From NCBI RefSeq assembly GCF_037042905.1, contig NC_087251.1:32180001-32244000 (forward strand): a DNA stretch of 64,000 bases, in the 5' to 3' direction. Made by a program: the position numbers and the translations under genes. Source of the DNA: Lytechinus pictus (Eukaryota). Under the pieces are notes generated by a model that was not told the DNA's origin, did not search any database, and saw only the letters and a list, made by a program, of their open reading frames with translations. Shown piece by piece: positions 1 through 13,900 of this stretch (positions within the stretch are counted from its first letter, which is position 1; each line of letters begins with the position of its first letter).

Positions 1-389
1 ATCCTGTGTGATGAAAATTTTGCCCATTCTAAAGAAATTACTGCCTTTTTGTTTGACCTTACTAGACAATATGCTTTCCGCATTGCTGGGCCTGCCCCAA
101 ATTGGTAGGGACACAAATTACCCTCGTTCTGGTTAAAATTTCACCCAATATTTTTTACAATGGAGTCACAGCTGACGTATATTCTAGTCAGAAATAATCC
201 TGTTCTAGTAAAATATGGCTAGAAAATATAATCAACCATGACTAGAATAACGGTTACACCCAGCTACATATGACCCGATTAACTAGTCATTTTGACTGAT
301 TGGTTTTGAGATCGTAAAGATCAATAAAATGTCATTTCCTTAAAAAAAATGAAAATGGTTTTTCTTCAGTATAACAATAGACAAATCAC

Positions 390-423
<34 letters not shown>

Positions 424-1250
424 TATAAGAATAAAAAATAATAATCACGAACCCTTGAAAATATAATATTTATGCATTTTATAATACTAGTATAGTGGGG
501 CAGCTGCTCGTTATGACGTCACAAATAAGAATAACTTTCTTAATCTTTGATGGATTTTTCCTCAAAACTTCACTCGTGTTTTTTTTTTATTTTCTGCAAT
601 TTTTTACAACAAACTTTTCGTCAGGGAACTTCCCCTTTAAGAAAATATACTAATGGATATCTATGTGATTGGGCCAATGCGTCTAGTGATCGAGGATGGA
701 GTCGGATGGATTATGTAGGCCTACTTACTTGCGCGTGCCTTTATATGCAATGATAAATACATCAATAATTAATTATTCTTCATTGTTGTACATGCCCAAT
801 TATGTAACAAGTTCAGTTTGATCAATCTTTGTCTTAGCCCCGGGTCTTATTATGTTCGTCTTAGCCGCTATAGGCTTACAACCATACATAATTTTATTAA
901 CTTTCAACTGAATTTCATATCGGATGAACTTGAACTTGATTTTGTTTGTTAATAGGACTCAGAAGATGTAGGCCTATGTTTACATATGTTAGGACAACGA
1001 GCCCATCTGTCAATTATAATAGATGGTTGTTATTTTCTCTTTTTTTATCCCAGGTTGATCATATCCGAGCTTTGTCTTAATTTCTTCCTTTACATGCCTG
1101 TTCAAAGTCAATAGGCCTAAATTAATAAATAAATGTGTGAGTAAGAAATTAAAACAAACAAATATCCTCGATCCCTTTCACTTTTCGTCCGCTTTTCGTA
1201 GAAAATCACAACATCGCTGTACATAGCAGGATGATAGGACCATGAGTTTT

Positions 1251-1680
1251 TCACGTGATCAATGTCTCTTCACACACCACTTCACCGACGATCAACGATG
1301 ACGTAGACGCCACCACAATGAATTCGAATAATAGAATGGTATTCAATCAGGCGCGCGGTTTCCGAGAGCAGGGCGCGAAATGAGAAAAGCATTTTGTCTA
1401 CTATACTACCGGTATGTTTTCATTCATTCTAATTCTCTCTCCGATCCCGCGCTCATATGTATGCTCTCATCCTAAATACACAGTCTCGACGATCATCTTG
1501 TGACGGTTTTCGGATTTCTTACCATGTCAGCAAAAACTTTTCATTCTATTTTATGATATTCTTTTGACTATTCAAGGCTTGTATTCATTGTGATCATGTT
1601 TTTCATCCGCAGACAGTGATAAATCGAGATATTTGGTATTTTATCCAGCCTACATCCAGTTTTTTGTCTTCTCTTGCCAG
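1251..1680 (+). promoter_or_regulatory. Putative MTHFD1 promoter and 5' non-coding exon with a 5'UTR intron (1412-1680)
   Basis: Locally CpG-rich; E-box TCACGTGA at 1251-1258; donor-like CCG|gtatgt at 1411/1412; acceptor-like tttttgtcttctcttgccag ending at 1680. Confidence 0.4.
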
Positions 1681-1735
1681 CCGAGCACGTTGTGAAGCAG
1701 CGCCCTCGATCGTCAGCAGCTGATCATCTCAAAGC

Positions 1736-1915
1736 ATGTTTAGGATACGAACGTGTTCATGTCTTATCTCAAATTCGGAGGTGGTTAGTCCAAGGTTCAC
1801 TCAAATCAAACGTTGGGTCTCAAATACGACGACAAGAGAACTGTCGAAAACGACATTATCTGCCAGTCAGAGGCTGAAAGTTCTCCCATATCCATATCTT
1901 CGTCCGTGTCTAAAT
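1736..1915 (+). CDS. In-frame 60-aa N-terminal extension of MTHFD1, putative mitochondrial targeting presequence
   Basis: ATG at 1736 lies 180 nt upstream of ATG 1916, in frame with no stop. The peptide has 7 R, 3 K, 15 S/T, 2 E and no D. Confidence 0.6.
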
Positions 1916-4900
1916 ATGGCCAGTATAATTGATGGAAAGGGCATTGCCAAGTGAGTATTCGAAATCGAATGGTGTTCATTCATTGACATTGTTGACATGG
2001 CATGGTTGATTTGATTCGACTCCAAAACAGTCTCATTTATTCTGCATGCATTCATTTTATCATTCATCCAAACATCTCTAACTTCACATTAAAAGTTAGC
2101 GCTAGGAAGGTTCTCATAGTCATAATCGATAATGATAAATGACATTCTAAAGTTAATCCAATTCCAAATTGGCCTAAATTCAGAGTCAGAGTCAGAGAGG
2201 AGTTTGCATGTCTGTGGCTGTGCAATAATAATATTGACATCAAGTGTAAAACTAGACCAAAAGCTTCAGTCTCTGTATTTTGGTTGTTCCGCTGAACTAC
2301 GTTGGCTCCACTCACCATACATAGACTGAAGGGGATGGGGCCCCGTACCTACAGCCAACGTATAGTGAACTAGCATTTTATAGATCGCGATTTAAAACTG
2401 TTTTTTAAGCAAAATTGAAAGTTTCATGGTTTCCATCAGTAGAGGCGCACGGCCAATATGGGAGACTCTCTCCAATAGGGGAGACGATCTCCCATATTGG
2501 AGACTTGCTTTGCAAAAGAACAAAAGAAACAACACCAACAAAAGTGTAATTTTTTCCACCCAAAACTTTGTCTCACTGAGGTCAGAAGCCCATTTGTTTT
2601 GTGTGTGGATGACAACAAAAATCCTTATCAAAACAAAAGTAGACGGTGAATTTTTAAAGTAGACGGTGAAAAGGGGTAATTTTTCATGAGGAATCTCCTT
2701 ATCACATTTTTATTTGCCGCCAAGGTAATCCTTTTGCAGCAAATGTAAACAAAGGAAATTGGTCTCCCAAACTGGAGACTGTCTCTGAAATTGGATACCC
2801 AAATTCTTTACAAAAGTCTCTGATATTGGAGATAATCTCTCTCATGGGAGACAGTCTCCCATATTGGCCGTGCGCCTCTACTGTCCATTATCAGGAAAAT
2901 ATAAATAACTTAAGCAAGGCTCCACATTAACTTTTTTTGGTGGTGGCCCGTTCGGGCCACCAAAACCATCAAATAATTTTTTTGGTGGCCCGATATTAAA
3001 GTTTGGTGGCCCGAAAAATATAAAGAAAAACATTAAAAATTAATAAAACAAACTTCTGAAATATTAATTCTGCAGCCACTACCACTAAGTTCCTTTCACT
3101 TTATACATCTTGTATGTAAACCTTGTTTGCTGTTATTTTACTTTGCTAATTGATAATTGTTTCTATCGTTGTAAAAATGAAATGATTTAAAGTGAATAAA
3201 TGAATTGTATTGTTCGCAGGTTGTGTGGACTTTTTTTTAAATCTCTGTATAGAGATAATGGTAAAGTAAATAAATAGTGCATAGCAAACTCGGATAGATG
3301 TACAAAACAATGGTTTTTCCTTCCTTCCTCTTTGAATCCTAAAACCTAGATTATGCATGCCCCAAATCCAGTTTTTTTCTGTTTTCTCTTTTGCAGCATA
3401 TAGAAGGAGAAAATCACAGAAAAATATGCTGCAAAATTAGAACAATTATGCATAAAAGGGAGAAACAAACGAAAATTATTTTCAAAAAGTATATAACAAA
3501 AAGAAAACAAAAATAATAAAAGGAATTAGTGAAATAAAACAAAAGAAAGAAAATGAAGAAAGAAAAAAACAAAGAACAGGGAAAAAAAGAAAAAAAGAAA
3601 AGAAAAAAATTAGAGAGAAAAAAGAAAAGAAAATTAAAGAAAAATTAATAAAACAAAGTTAATATAAAAATGGGGAAAAGGGGAAAATTAAGAAGCCATT
3701 ACATATATTTTTAACAGCTGTGGCAACAGTCTATTCTGACTGGAATATAATTAAAAGCCAAGCATATAATTTTCACTTACCTTTTGGGAATGGCACATTT
3801 CTATTTTTACATCCTTTAGTTTGTATTATTTTATTTTCAGTAGAAACATATTTTTTAATCAGGCATATTCAATGGGAAGGGGTATAAATGGTTTAACCAC
3901 TGTCAAAAAAAAATGAAAGAAAAAAAAAGAAAACAGCAAAAACTATATTGGAAAAAAAGTGTGAGAAAAGTCCTTCCCTATATTTGCCAAAATGTTGGAA
4001 AAAAAAAATCACATTTCATATCAATGAAATGCCTTCCCAAAGTATTTACTTTCTCAAGAGTTGTTTAAGAAGTCATTTATAAACAAGAAAGAAAGAAACT
4101 GTCTGTTTGTTTAAGGCTAGAAAATACACAGCTTCGAAAGAAACCAAGTATCAACATACATACAAATGCACACGTGGGACTGTGATGTACTTACCTATGT
4201 GTTTTTATGTGCATTAATTCATGTGGAAATCGGTCTTTTTGAGTCAAAAGAGAGGTCATAATTCCTCTTCTTAATACTTGCAAATAATCAGGGTACACCA
4301 GATTTTCGTAATATAGACTGTAGAATTTCATTTCGTTGGTGTAAAAGGTGACTTTGACTTAGATTTTCAAAGTTCTGTGGAAGATTTCTCAGCAGCAACA
4401 TTTTTTATCGCAGCTCCCAGAGTCTGAATAGGCTGAGCTAGATCTAGAGCACAGCTGTATGCAGTGGCTTCATGCAAAGCTCACGCCAGCCGGCCGGCGC
4501 GGCTGGCTGGATAATAGCTACTGTATGCTATAGCTGTAGGCCTAATATGCAAACTGTGTGTGTGTGTGTATTTGTGTGTAGATCAACAAAAAAGGCGCAT
4601 GACGAACTGGCTTGCAATTTGAGCTGTAGAAAGTTGATAAATGCGTGCAAAATTGGGAGAAAAATTGCGCTACTTTGAAAATTATTGGTTGCCCGATTCG
4701 GGCCACCAAAACTTAACATTTTATCAATAATGGTTGCCCGAGGTGAATTTTTGGTGGCCCCGGGCCACCGGGCCACCGCTAATGTCGAGCCTTGACTTAA
4801 GTAATTGCATACCTTGGGCCGGAGTTATTGAAAAAAATCCTCTGGATGATTGAGAAATCTGTCATCTAAGACATTTTCACCTGACCTGACGGTTTTTCTT

Positions 4901-7900
4901 GCAAGTTGCCATCTTGAATGACGTCATTATCGTTATTAACTTAATGTCTCGAATCGATATATCGCGATTATAACTAGTACTAGTACTAGTATAACTAGTA
5001 TCGTTTATCTTCGGTTTCGTTCGCATATGGAGCAGATCGTATAATATCGAAAGCAATATCGATATCACATTCGTGATTGTTGACGTTCGTTTGTAAATAT
5101 TTTATAGTTTGGCTGCCATTGTGACCATTTTTATCGTGTTCAACCCAATTAAACATCGGTAAAGTATATTTTTCATGCCTTTTTCATCTATATCGTTTAA
5201 AGTTTTTAAATATTGGAATATCAAGGTCTAAAAGTTTGTTGTTTATACATCCTTAGATTGTAAATTCGATGTGTAAAATTACATCAAACTTTGGACTGTG
5301 AATTGACAAAAGGGAGGGAATGAGAACACATGCGAGCCCACACGTACACCCTACCGTCGGTAAATGGGGATTACAGTAAAATGTCAGAAATTGTTGAATA
5401 AATCCCCAGAAACGACGGTTATTCCTGTCTAGTGTAAAACATGAACTTCATTTAAATTACACATACATGTACATTACTGCTAGGGCTAGGCTCCACACTA
5501 TTTTTTCTTGGTGGGCTGATGGGTCCGCCAAATTCATCAATTTCTGACTTGGTGGCCCGCAAAGCAAATTTGGTGGCCCCAAAACAAAGGAAAACATTAC
5601 AATTCATCAAAACTTTGGAAGCCCTACCGGGACACCAAGTAGGGTGTCTGGAGAAAAAAATTCTTTTTCTTATTTCAAGAAAATATCACATTTTCTTTGT
5701 GAATTTGAAGAGAAATAACCTTCAGACTGACAAAAATGTAACATGTTTGAAAAAAATCCAATTATTGGCTGCAAAAAAGAAGAATGAAATTAGGTAAATT
5801 TTCAGCATTTCTCTGCCATAGACTGTGTAGTTAAGAAATGGACGCACACAAATCCAAATTTTTAGCTTCCGAGAGCTGTTATGAATTTATTATTAATGCC
5901 AAAAACTTGTCCATGAAGAGTCCAATATGATTTTTTATGCTCTATCTGATGGTATGATTTTTATAAAGATTTGGAAACCAGATCACAATGAAAATTTGCA
6001 ACAAAGTGAAAAAAATTGTGCAAAACAGAAATTTCATTTTCCCATAGAAAACGCATGGAGAAATGGCAATCTCAACACACACAAAAATAAGGGTTTGCAA
6101 TTTATCTCTAAATCCTTATTTAAAATGATCATATAAACTTGTCCTTACTGTCAAAAGAAGCCCCTGAATTTTCTCTTTCCATACATGCCAAACACAAGTT
6201 AATAATCAATTCAGATCACATTTTTCTAGTAGCCTGAACTTCCCCGAAAAAATGTGCCATATTTTCCCCTAAATTAGCCTGTTTTATGCTGACACTTTTC
6301 AGTGTGGCTTCAGACACCCTACACCAAGTGTGGGCTTTTAACAGAATTTTGGTGGCCCAACTCTCATTTTGGGTGTCCTGGGCCACCGAGCCACTGCTAT
6401 TGGCTGATTTTACTGTTAGTTCGTCCAATTGAAAGTTATTTAACAAAACATATATTGTTCCTCCTGATCCTGCTTGATTCTATTCCATACCTATCCTATG
6501 TAGGATGACTGGGATCAATCTATTATTGTCAGGCTAATCTGGTAAGATCCTTTGAACAGTAGTCATGGGTCAAGGTCCGAGCTGACGGGCCAGAATGTGT
6601 CAGTTTTGAAGAGATAAAGTTCACTTCAACAGTCACTCCATCAGCATACGTGTACATCATAATATCTCTAAAGACTAATTATATAGCAGTTTCTGCAAGC
6701 TAGTCTGAACAAATTTAGTAGTATTGTTATTATTGTTGATTTTTCCAATGCCGGTTTCTTACTTCTTTTTACATTCCTACACCCTGTCACACCACATCCC
6801 TCTCTTTATCCTCCTTATCTGCCATTCTCTATTTTCTCACCCTCTCACTCCTTGTCTTTTCCGGCTCTCATTCTGTCTCCCCATCTCTCCTTGTCTTTTC
6901 CTGTCTCTCATTCTGCCTCCCCCTCCTTGTTTTTCCTGTCTCTCATTCTGTCTCCTTCTTTCTCTCCTTGTCTTTTTCTGTCTCATTCTGTCTCCCCTAT
7001 CTCTCCTTGTCTTTTCCTGTCTCTCATTCTGTCTCCCCCTCTCTCCTTGTTTTTCCCATCTCTCGTTCTCTCTTCCCCTCTCTCGTCTTTCCCTATCTCT
7101 AATCATCTAGGGAGATTCGTCAAGAACTCCAAGGAGAGGTGGCCATGTTGAAAGAGAGACATCCTGGTTTCATGCCCGGTCTTGCCATTGTTCAGGTCGG
7201 TTATGAACCCTTGGCTGGGCCTTGTAAATAATAAATGATAAATTGAACAAAAAAATTGTAAGCCTAAGTGCAGGGGCGGAACCAGGTTATTCCAAAGGGG
7301 GGCATATTTTCCCCTGTGAAAATTTGACAAGCAAAAAAAAAAGGGCTATCGTTTTCAAATGGGGAGGGGGCATACTTGGGTAAAATCTGTATTTTTGCAT
7401 TACAAATTTTGGTTATGGCTCTCAAAAAGGGGGACATGGGTAGGCTGTCCCCCCCCCCCCTTCTGGATCCGCCACTGCCTAAGGGGGTGTTGAAAATCAA
7501 TTAATTGCAAATATTCAATATATCAATTTTAACAGTAGCAAATCAGATTATGCTCCTTGTTTCAACAAGCGGATTAGCAACCAATCTCAAATTTGATGTT
7601 AATTGCAAAGCATACATGTATGATTGATTTAGGGACTGAAAATGCACTTGCTATTGATCTTGCAATGCCCCAATTAGTCTATAGCTGAGACCATATACAA
7701 AAGCTTAACAAAGAATAATGAATTTTATCTTGGGTCATATTCTTATTCATATTCTAACACTTCATGTGGCTAATTAGAGGTTTAGAAGTAAAGCCAACGG
7801 TAACAGAAGTTACAGGTCAGTCGCAAATTACAAGAACCATGTATTATGTAACCTCTATGTAGTTTTGTCACAAAATGTATTGTACAAGGGAGCATATTGC

Positions 7901-10900
7901 ACCTTTTACTGTATGTAAATTGACCTCCAAAATAAAAAGAATTTATCATTTTGTGATGTCATTCCTCTGTCGATTGATTGGATGGCAATTTACTTCAATA
8001 AATGTATAACATGTATCTTGTCAATTATGAAATGTACAAATCTCAATTATTTACTTTTAGATACAATTATGAGCACCCCCTGCCCCCCCTGCCAATATCC
8101 TGTACTTCAATCAAATATTTGTGTAAATTATTCTGTTTGCATGTTTATGTTTGTTGTTTTTATCAGGTTGGAAACAGATGTGATTCTAATCGATATATCA
8201 AATTCAAGCTTGCTGCAGCTGCCGAGGTAAACTTCATAAATATTTTTACCTTTATCTCTAATTTCTTATATGACTTGGTGTGAGGGAAATATCTTATTCA
8301 TATTATGTGAGAATGGTGATGAGGAAGAGGGGGGGATGGGGTGGTTGGGATGACATTGATGATGTTGATGATGATGATGATGGTGGTGATGGTGGTGGTG
8401 GTGGTGATAATGATGGTGGTGGTGGTGATGATGGTGATGGTGATGGTGGTGGTGATGGTGGTGGTGATGATGATGGTGGTGATGATGGTGATGGTGATGA
8501 TGCATCAAGGTGATAAAATCTGTGTAAATGTGTGAATGTCAAACTGTCAAAGTTCAAATATGGTTTAATATGCAAATTACATGAATTCAATGATCATACC
8601 ATTTTCTTATATATTGTATGTTATTGTTTGAAACTAATGTTCTGTCTATTTTTCCATTTTGGTTTAGATTGGCATGGTAGCCCAGCATTATAAACTTCCA
8701 AGCTCCAGTACACTACCTGAGGTAAGTTAAGTGTTGATATTGGTGTTTAGACCAAGAATCAGGCTTTCTTACCTTGCTCCAATATTAAATGTTGGTTTAC
8801 ATTAATTGCAGTCACATTTTTGATATTTTAACACGTGAAATCAGCCCAAGCTCCAAACTCATTTCAATTTAAGGGCAGTGACTGGTGTAGATACATGACA
8901 CCAATCACATTATTGCTAGCTCAACACCTCATGAGATCTGTCTATACACTTGCCTTATTTTGAGTTTGGTGTTATGCATGGTGTAGGAACCGGTTCCATG
9001 CTAACATCACCCAACATCAAACTTCTATTAAAGGTAAATTCCAGTTCTGGTAACGATCTCAAAATGACTTTTTACAGAATCTAATATAATGGCCACCCAA
9101 GTGTCTGTTTGTATGAATAAAGAATATGTGCCAAAGGATTCTGGAAGAAATTGTGTAATTGCTGAGAAATAAGCAAAAAAAGCGCGGATTCGATCACTTC
9201 CGTCTGGTCTTTATTCCAGCAATAGTAATACACTGTCCCACGTGTGCCTATCTGTGTTGGCGATCTTCAGTGTGATCGTATTTCAGCTTAGATTTTATGA
9301 TTTCACAATTTACGTAACAGTTTATGTAACTGTACCAGATCTAGATCCACGATGATATAGCTATACTTAACCTTGGTTTTACAGACTTTCTCACAAAATC
9401 AGTGTTTTACTGCAACTACTGTAATTTAGCTTTAAATACTCATTCAATATACCATAAACTGTTTTCTTATAATATGATCTATATCTCTAATCTGACTTCT
9501 AATGGATTCTAACAGATTTATGTTTATGCAAGAATACAAAGATTATTCTATTATTGACATAAAAAGAAGACATCAGTTTATTGTAAACAAACATTACTGG
9601 CAAGCAAGACAGGTGCAGGGGTATTCTGTCGTCTGGGTATCGCTTTCTAATCTATCATTTAAAGAACTACATGGTCAAAGATTTTCTGATTGAATTGAAT
9701 ATTTTAATTTATCCAATGTCACAGGAATTTTTTTATATTTGATGTTGGATGATGTGTTTTGAGAAACTGACCCTAATATCAATAGGGCAATGGAAGCTTC
9801 ATGTTTACATTTATGATCTCAGAATAATTTAGCTTACCAGAGTTTGTTAGCATTTTGGGTCAAAACTAGTTTCAACTAGTCTTGTACAGTCATGTAAAAG
9901 TAAAAATCTGCTACACGGAAGGCTTTTTCTGTAGCAGTCTGTAAAAAGTTTGGAGCAAATTGCGGTGCAATACCAGGACCCTGTTGCATAAAAGTCACCA
10001 TTATGGTAACTTTCCTGAAATCCTGGATTCTGATTTGCTGTTGAGCTTTGTTGCCATGGTAGTTACCATTGGATGGCAAAGTTACCATAAGAATAACTTT
10101 TATGCAACAGGGCTCAAGGAAATTATTCCTTGAATCTTAACATACATGTAAGTGTTCTAGCCTAAAATTTGCGTGATTTTTCTATCCCATCTCAGGTTGT
10201 GAATAAGATCCAGGATCTGAATAAGGATCCACGTATCCATGGTATCATAGTTCAGATGCCACCTGAAACCAATGAACCCATAGATGAGGATCTTCTACTC
10301 AATGCTGTGGCTCCAAGCAAAGACGTGGATGGGTAAGCTTAACGGCTGTTTGTTCAAATTCTTGACTGGAATGTGCGACTACTGGTACAGGAGCTTACCA
10401 TGGTATATAGCCAGGGTTACCTGGAAAAATTTGTGTTCAGTGAAAAGTCAGGGAATGTGGAAAATTTGTGAAAAGTCATGGAAAGGTCATGGAATTCCAT
10501 TTACCTCTTGGCTGTGGCAGCTTTCCAGTTTGTCGTGTCTCGCAACTCTCATACTCTGCTATTATAATTGGTGTTCATAATTTCCATTTTTCCCATTTTT
10601 GTGACATCTCAAATACTACACAACTCCCGGGACATCACAGGAATTCATGGAAAGCAGCATTTTAGTCATGGAATTATGTTTTCATATTTCTGTGGGAACC
10701 CTGATAGCTTAAAGTGGCCGGAACGGGAGGATTCGTGGGGGGAAGCAAACCCTTTCTTGGCTTAGGTTTGATGCTATATTTCAAGTGACGTGATTTATTG
10801 CCCTAAGTTTCAAATTTCATACTGTGGTTGGTCAGTCAGGCGAAGCAGGTGAACGCATGAAAAAACGATAAGCAAACTCACAGACGAAGCCTGAAAGGGT

Positions 10901-13900
10901 GGTATGTAATAATGGGCACTGTTAGGCCTGTGTCTGGAAAGGTCTAGGAGAAGGATCAAGTGATAGACTCATCAACCAGCTCGCCCAACCAGGAACAAAC
11001 TACTTTTCCTTGCCCACTTTGAACATATTACAAGCACATTGCTGTCGGGGGGGGGGGGGGAGATGTGTTAAAATTTGGTAGAAACACAAAACCAAGCCCC
11101 TCCCCCTGCTGTGTATGGCCATGTTTTAAGCATTGAGCAATGAGCATGTTGAAATTACTGATTTAATGATTGACTGATAATGAATCATGCATGGAAACAT
11201 ATTGTCATATTTTCATGAAAATGCAGTGTGATCTATCAATGAATCTTTGACAGATTGACTGACCGCAGTGCAGGGAAGCTAGCAAGGGGTGAACTTGGGC
11301 AATGCTTTCTACCATGCACACCTAAGGGATGTCTGGAACTGCTCAAGAGATCGGGTAAATAAATGTCAATATTTGCAGGATTCCTTTGCTAAGACAGTCC
11401 GATCAAAGATCGTTTACAGAATCATTGGTCCAAACAGTTGAAAAGTGCAAATGTGTGTTTTTATGATGAAGATAATAGGTGTATAGATTTTGTCATGCAA
11501 TTTGAAGAATGAAATACAATTATTCTTATTGATGATACAAAGTCATCCAGTTTCTTTCTTAATCTGAAGAAGTGGTTTGAAGTATTTCCATTTTGTTTCA
11601 TCCATTTCTTGAGTCTTTTTTCTGTTTAATTTGGCAGTGATATTGTTTCAGAAGAGATGAAAATAATTGGCTGCATGTAAATAAGGAAGGAAAAAATTAT
11701 TTTTTTTATTCTGAATAATATTTCAGGTGTTGAGGTAGAAGGTAAAAAGGTGGCTGTCCTAGGAAGGAGTAAGATTGTCGGAGCTCCGATGTCGGATCTC
11801 CTTAGAGCTAAAAATGCCACAGTCACCATGTGCCACTCCAGGACAAAGAACATTGATGAGATTGTAAGTAATATTTTGTCCTTATTTTCCCATCTTTTGT
11901 GAATGTAGCTTTATTTTTGTTTATTTTTCCCATCCCATTGCTGGTAAATCAGGCCTGAGAAGAGAGAGAAAAAAACTAATCAACACAAAAAGAAAAGTGT
12001 TGATTAAGCAAACAAGCTCAAGAGCCTCTTGAAATAAAGCTATCTGAAAAATGTTGCTTCAGATTGTGTATTTGAATGATTAAAAGTAAGAGGCACATAT
12101 TCTGAAGTCTGATTTAACCTAAGCCATGGTCTAACTCTATGCTAAAATAATGGGAATCCAAAAACGTCAAAATGGTTGTAACATTGTATATTTTTTATGT
12201 CCATTGTGTTCTTTCATCATAATGGGGTAGAACAGTTCCAGTTTCCAGTCAGTTTTGAATAATTTGCGTGTCAAACATGCTGATAAACATAAATTGTGCT
12301 ATCACAGATGTGTGCCACAATTGGCTATCCATAGTTTAACCACATCCTTAGACCAGAGTTTAAATTGCATGTAAATATTGAATACTGATCATAGTGTTCA
12401 TGTACATCCTGACCTGCTGGGCCCCATCTTAGAAAGAGTTGCGATTATTCTCTGTTCCCCCTCTATGATTCCTCCGTCCCCCTCTCTGTCTCCTCCGATC
12501 CCTCTCTAGCCATGTATTCCCCCATCTTTCTCTTGACAACTATGGACGGCCAGCAACGTCAACATCTATTATGCACGTTTGTTCAAATTTTTTTCTAACT
12601 ATGATGTATATTCATGCATTCATTGTTTTCTTGAAAATTCACTGTGCTTCTCTTTGTTTACAAAAGACATTGTGTAAATTTCCTGTAGAAAAAATTATGA
12701 CACTGATGGGATTTCCATAGAGTTACGATTGATCGGATCAATCGTAACTCTTTGTATGTATAGTAATTCTATCTTGTTTCAGTCTGAGCAGCATATGAAT
12801 CCTCAGTGACATAATGGTATCTTGCTGTTTAACACTAGATTCGCGAGTCTGATGTGATCATAGTTGCTATACGTCAGGCTAAGTTTGTTCAGAAGGAATG
12901 GATCAAACCGGGAGCAGTAGTTATAGACTGTGGAATCAACTTCATTGAAGGTAAGGTTTATACTCATCCATGTCATTCCGAAGATTTGCCTTGCACTTTG
13001 ATAATATATCCTCAGTCATCAATGCAAGCTGCTTCAGCTTAATTTGATAATAAAGCAACTATCTAGATACTTACATTGCCTAGACTTTGTATACTTAATT
13101 TTCATTGCGAGTTTCAGTGTTGTATTTTACCCTGATGAATTTTATAATTTGTTTGATCTTTTTTTATTGTATTAAGATTATTTAATCAACACTTGGTAGA
13201 CAATAAATGTATAAATCACAATTCAAAGTCAAAGTTTAGTTTTTATTATTATTACACACTTAAAGGGATGGTCTGGGCTGAAAGTATTTATAGCTTAATA
13301 AATAGAGTAGAATTCACTGAGCAAAATGCCAGAAATTTCATCAAATTTGGATAACAAAGTTATTGAATTTTAAAGTTTAGCAATATTTTGTGAAAACAGT
13401 CGTCATGAATGTTCATTAGGTGGGCTGATGATGTCACATCCCCACTTGTTCTTTTAGAAAAATTGGATTGACAACTGATTTAGTGCATTAGATATTCATT
13501 GCTGCAACTTATTTCATTATAAGGGAGACATATTATTCACCCAAGTATGAAAAAATGAAAAAATTATGATTTTATGTAATAACATAAGAAAACGGAAAGT
13601 GGAGATGTGATATCATCAGCCCAACTAATGAATATTCATGATGGCTGTTTTCACAAAATATTGCTAAACTTTAAACTTCAATAACTTTATTACTTATTAT
13701 CCGATTTTGATGAAATTTTCGGCATCTTGCTCAGAGAATTCTACTCTATGTATTAAGATATAAATATTTTCAGCCCGGACCATTCCTTTAACAAATTTCG
13801 TGTCTTTTTTGTATTTTGAGGAGTGTACATTTGTTTAATCATTTTAATATTTTTGTAAATGATTTTTTATGCCTCGGCTCACCACTGTAGATGGTTGCTG

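Noticed and set aside
6724..7151. Leu/Ser-rich and Arg/Glu-rich ORFs
   Set aside because: They are products of the CT-rich minisatellite; only 7111-7195 is a real exon, read in a different frame.
8872..9020. Two-hairpin segment as an H/ACA snoRNA
   Set aside because: There is no ANANNA H box between the hairpins and no recognisable target; it is more likely repeat-derived.
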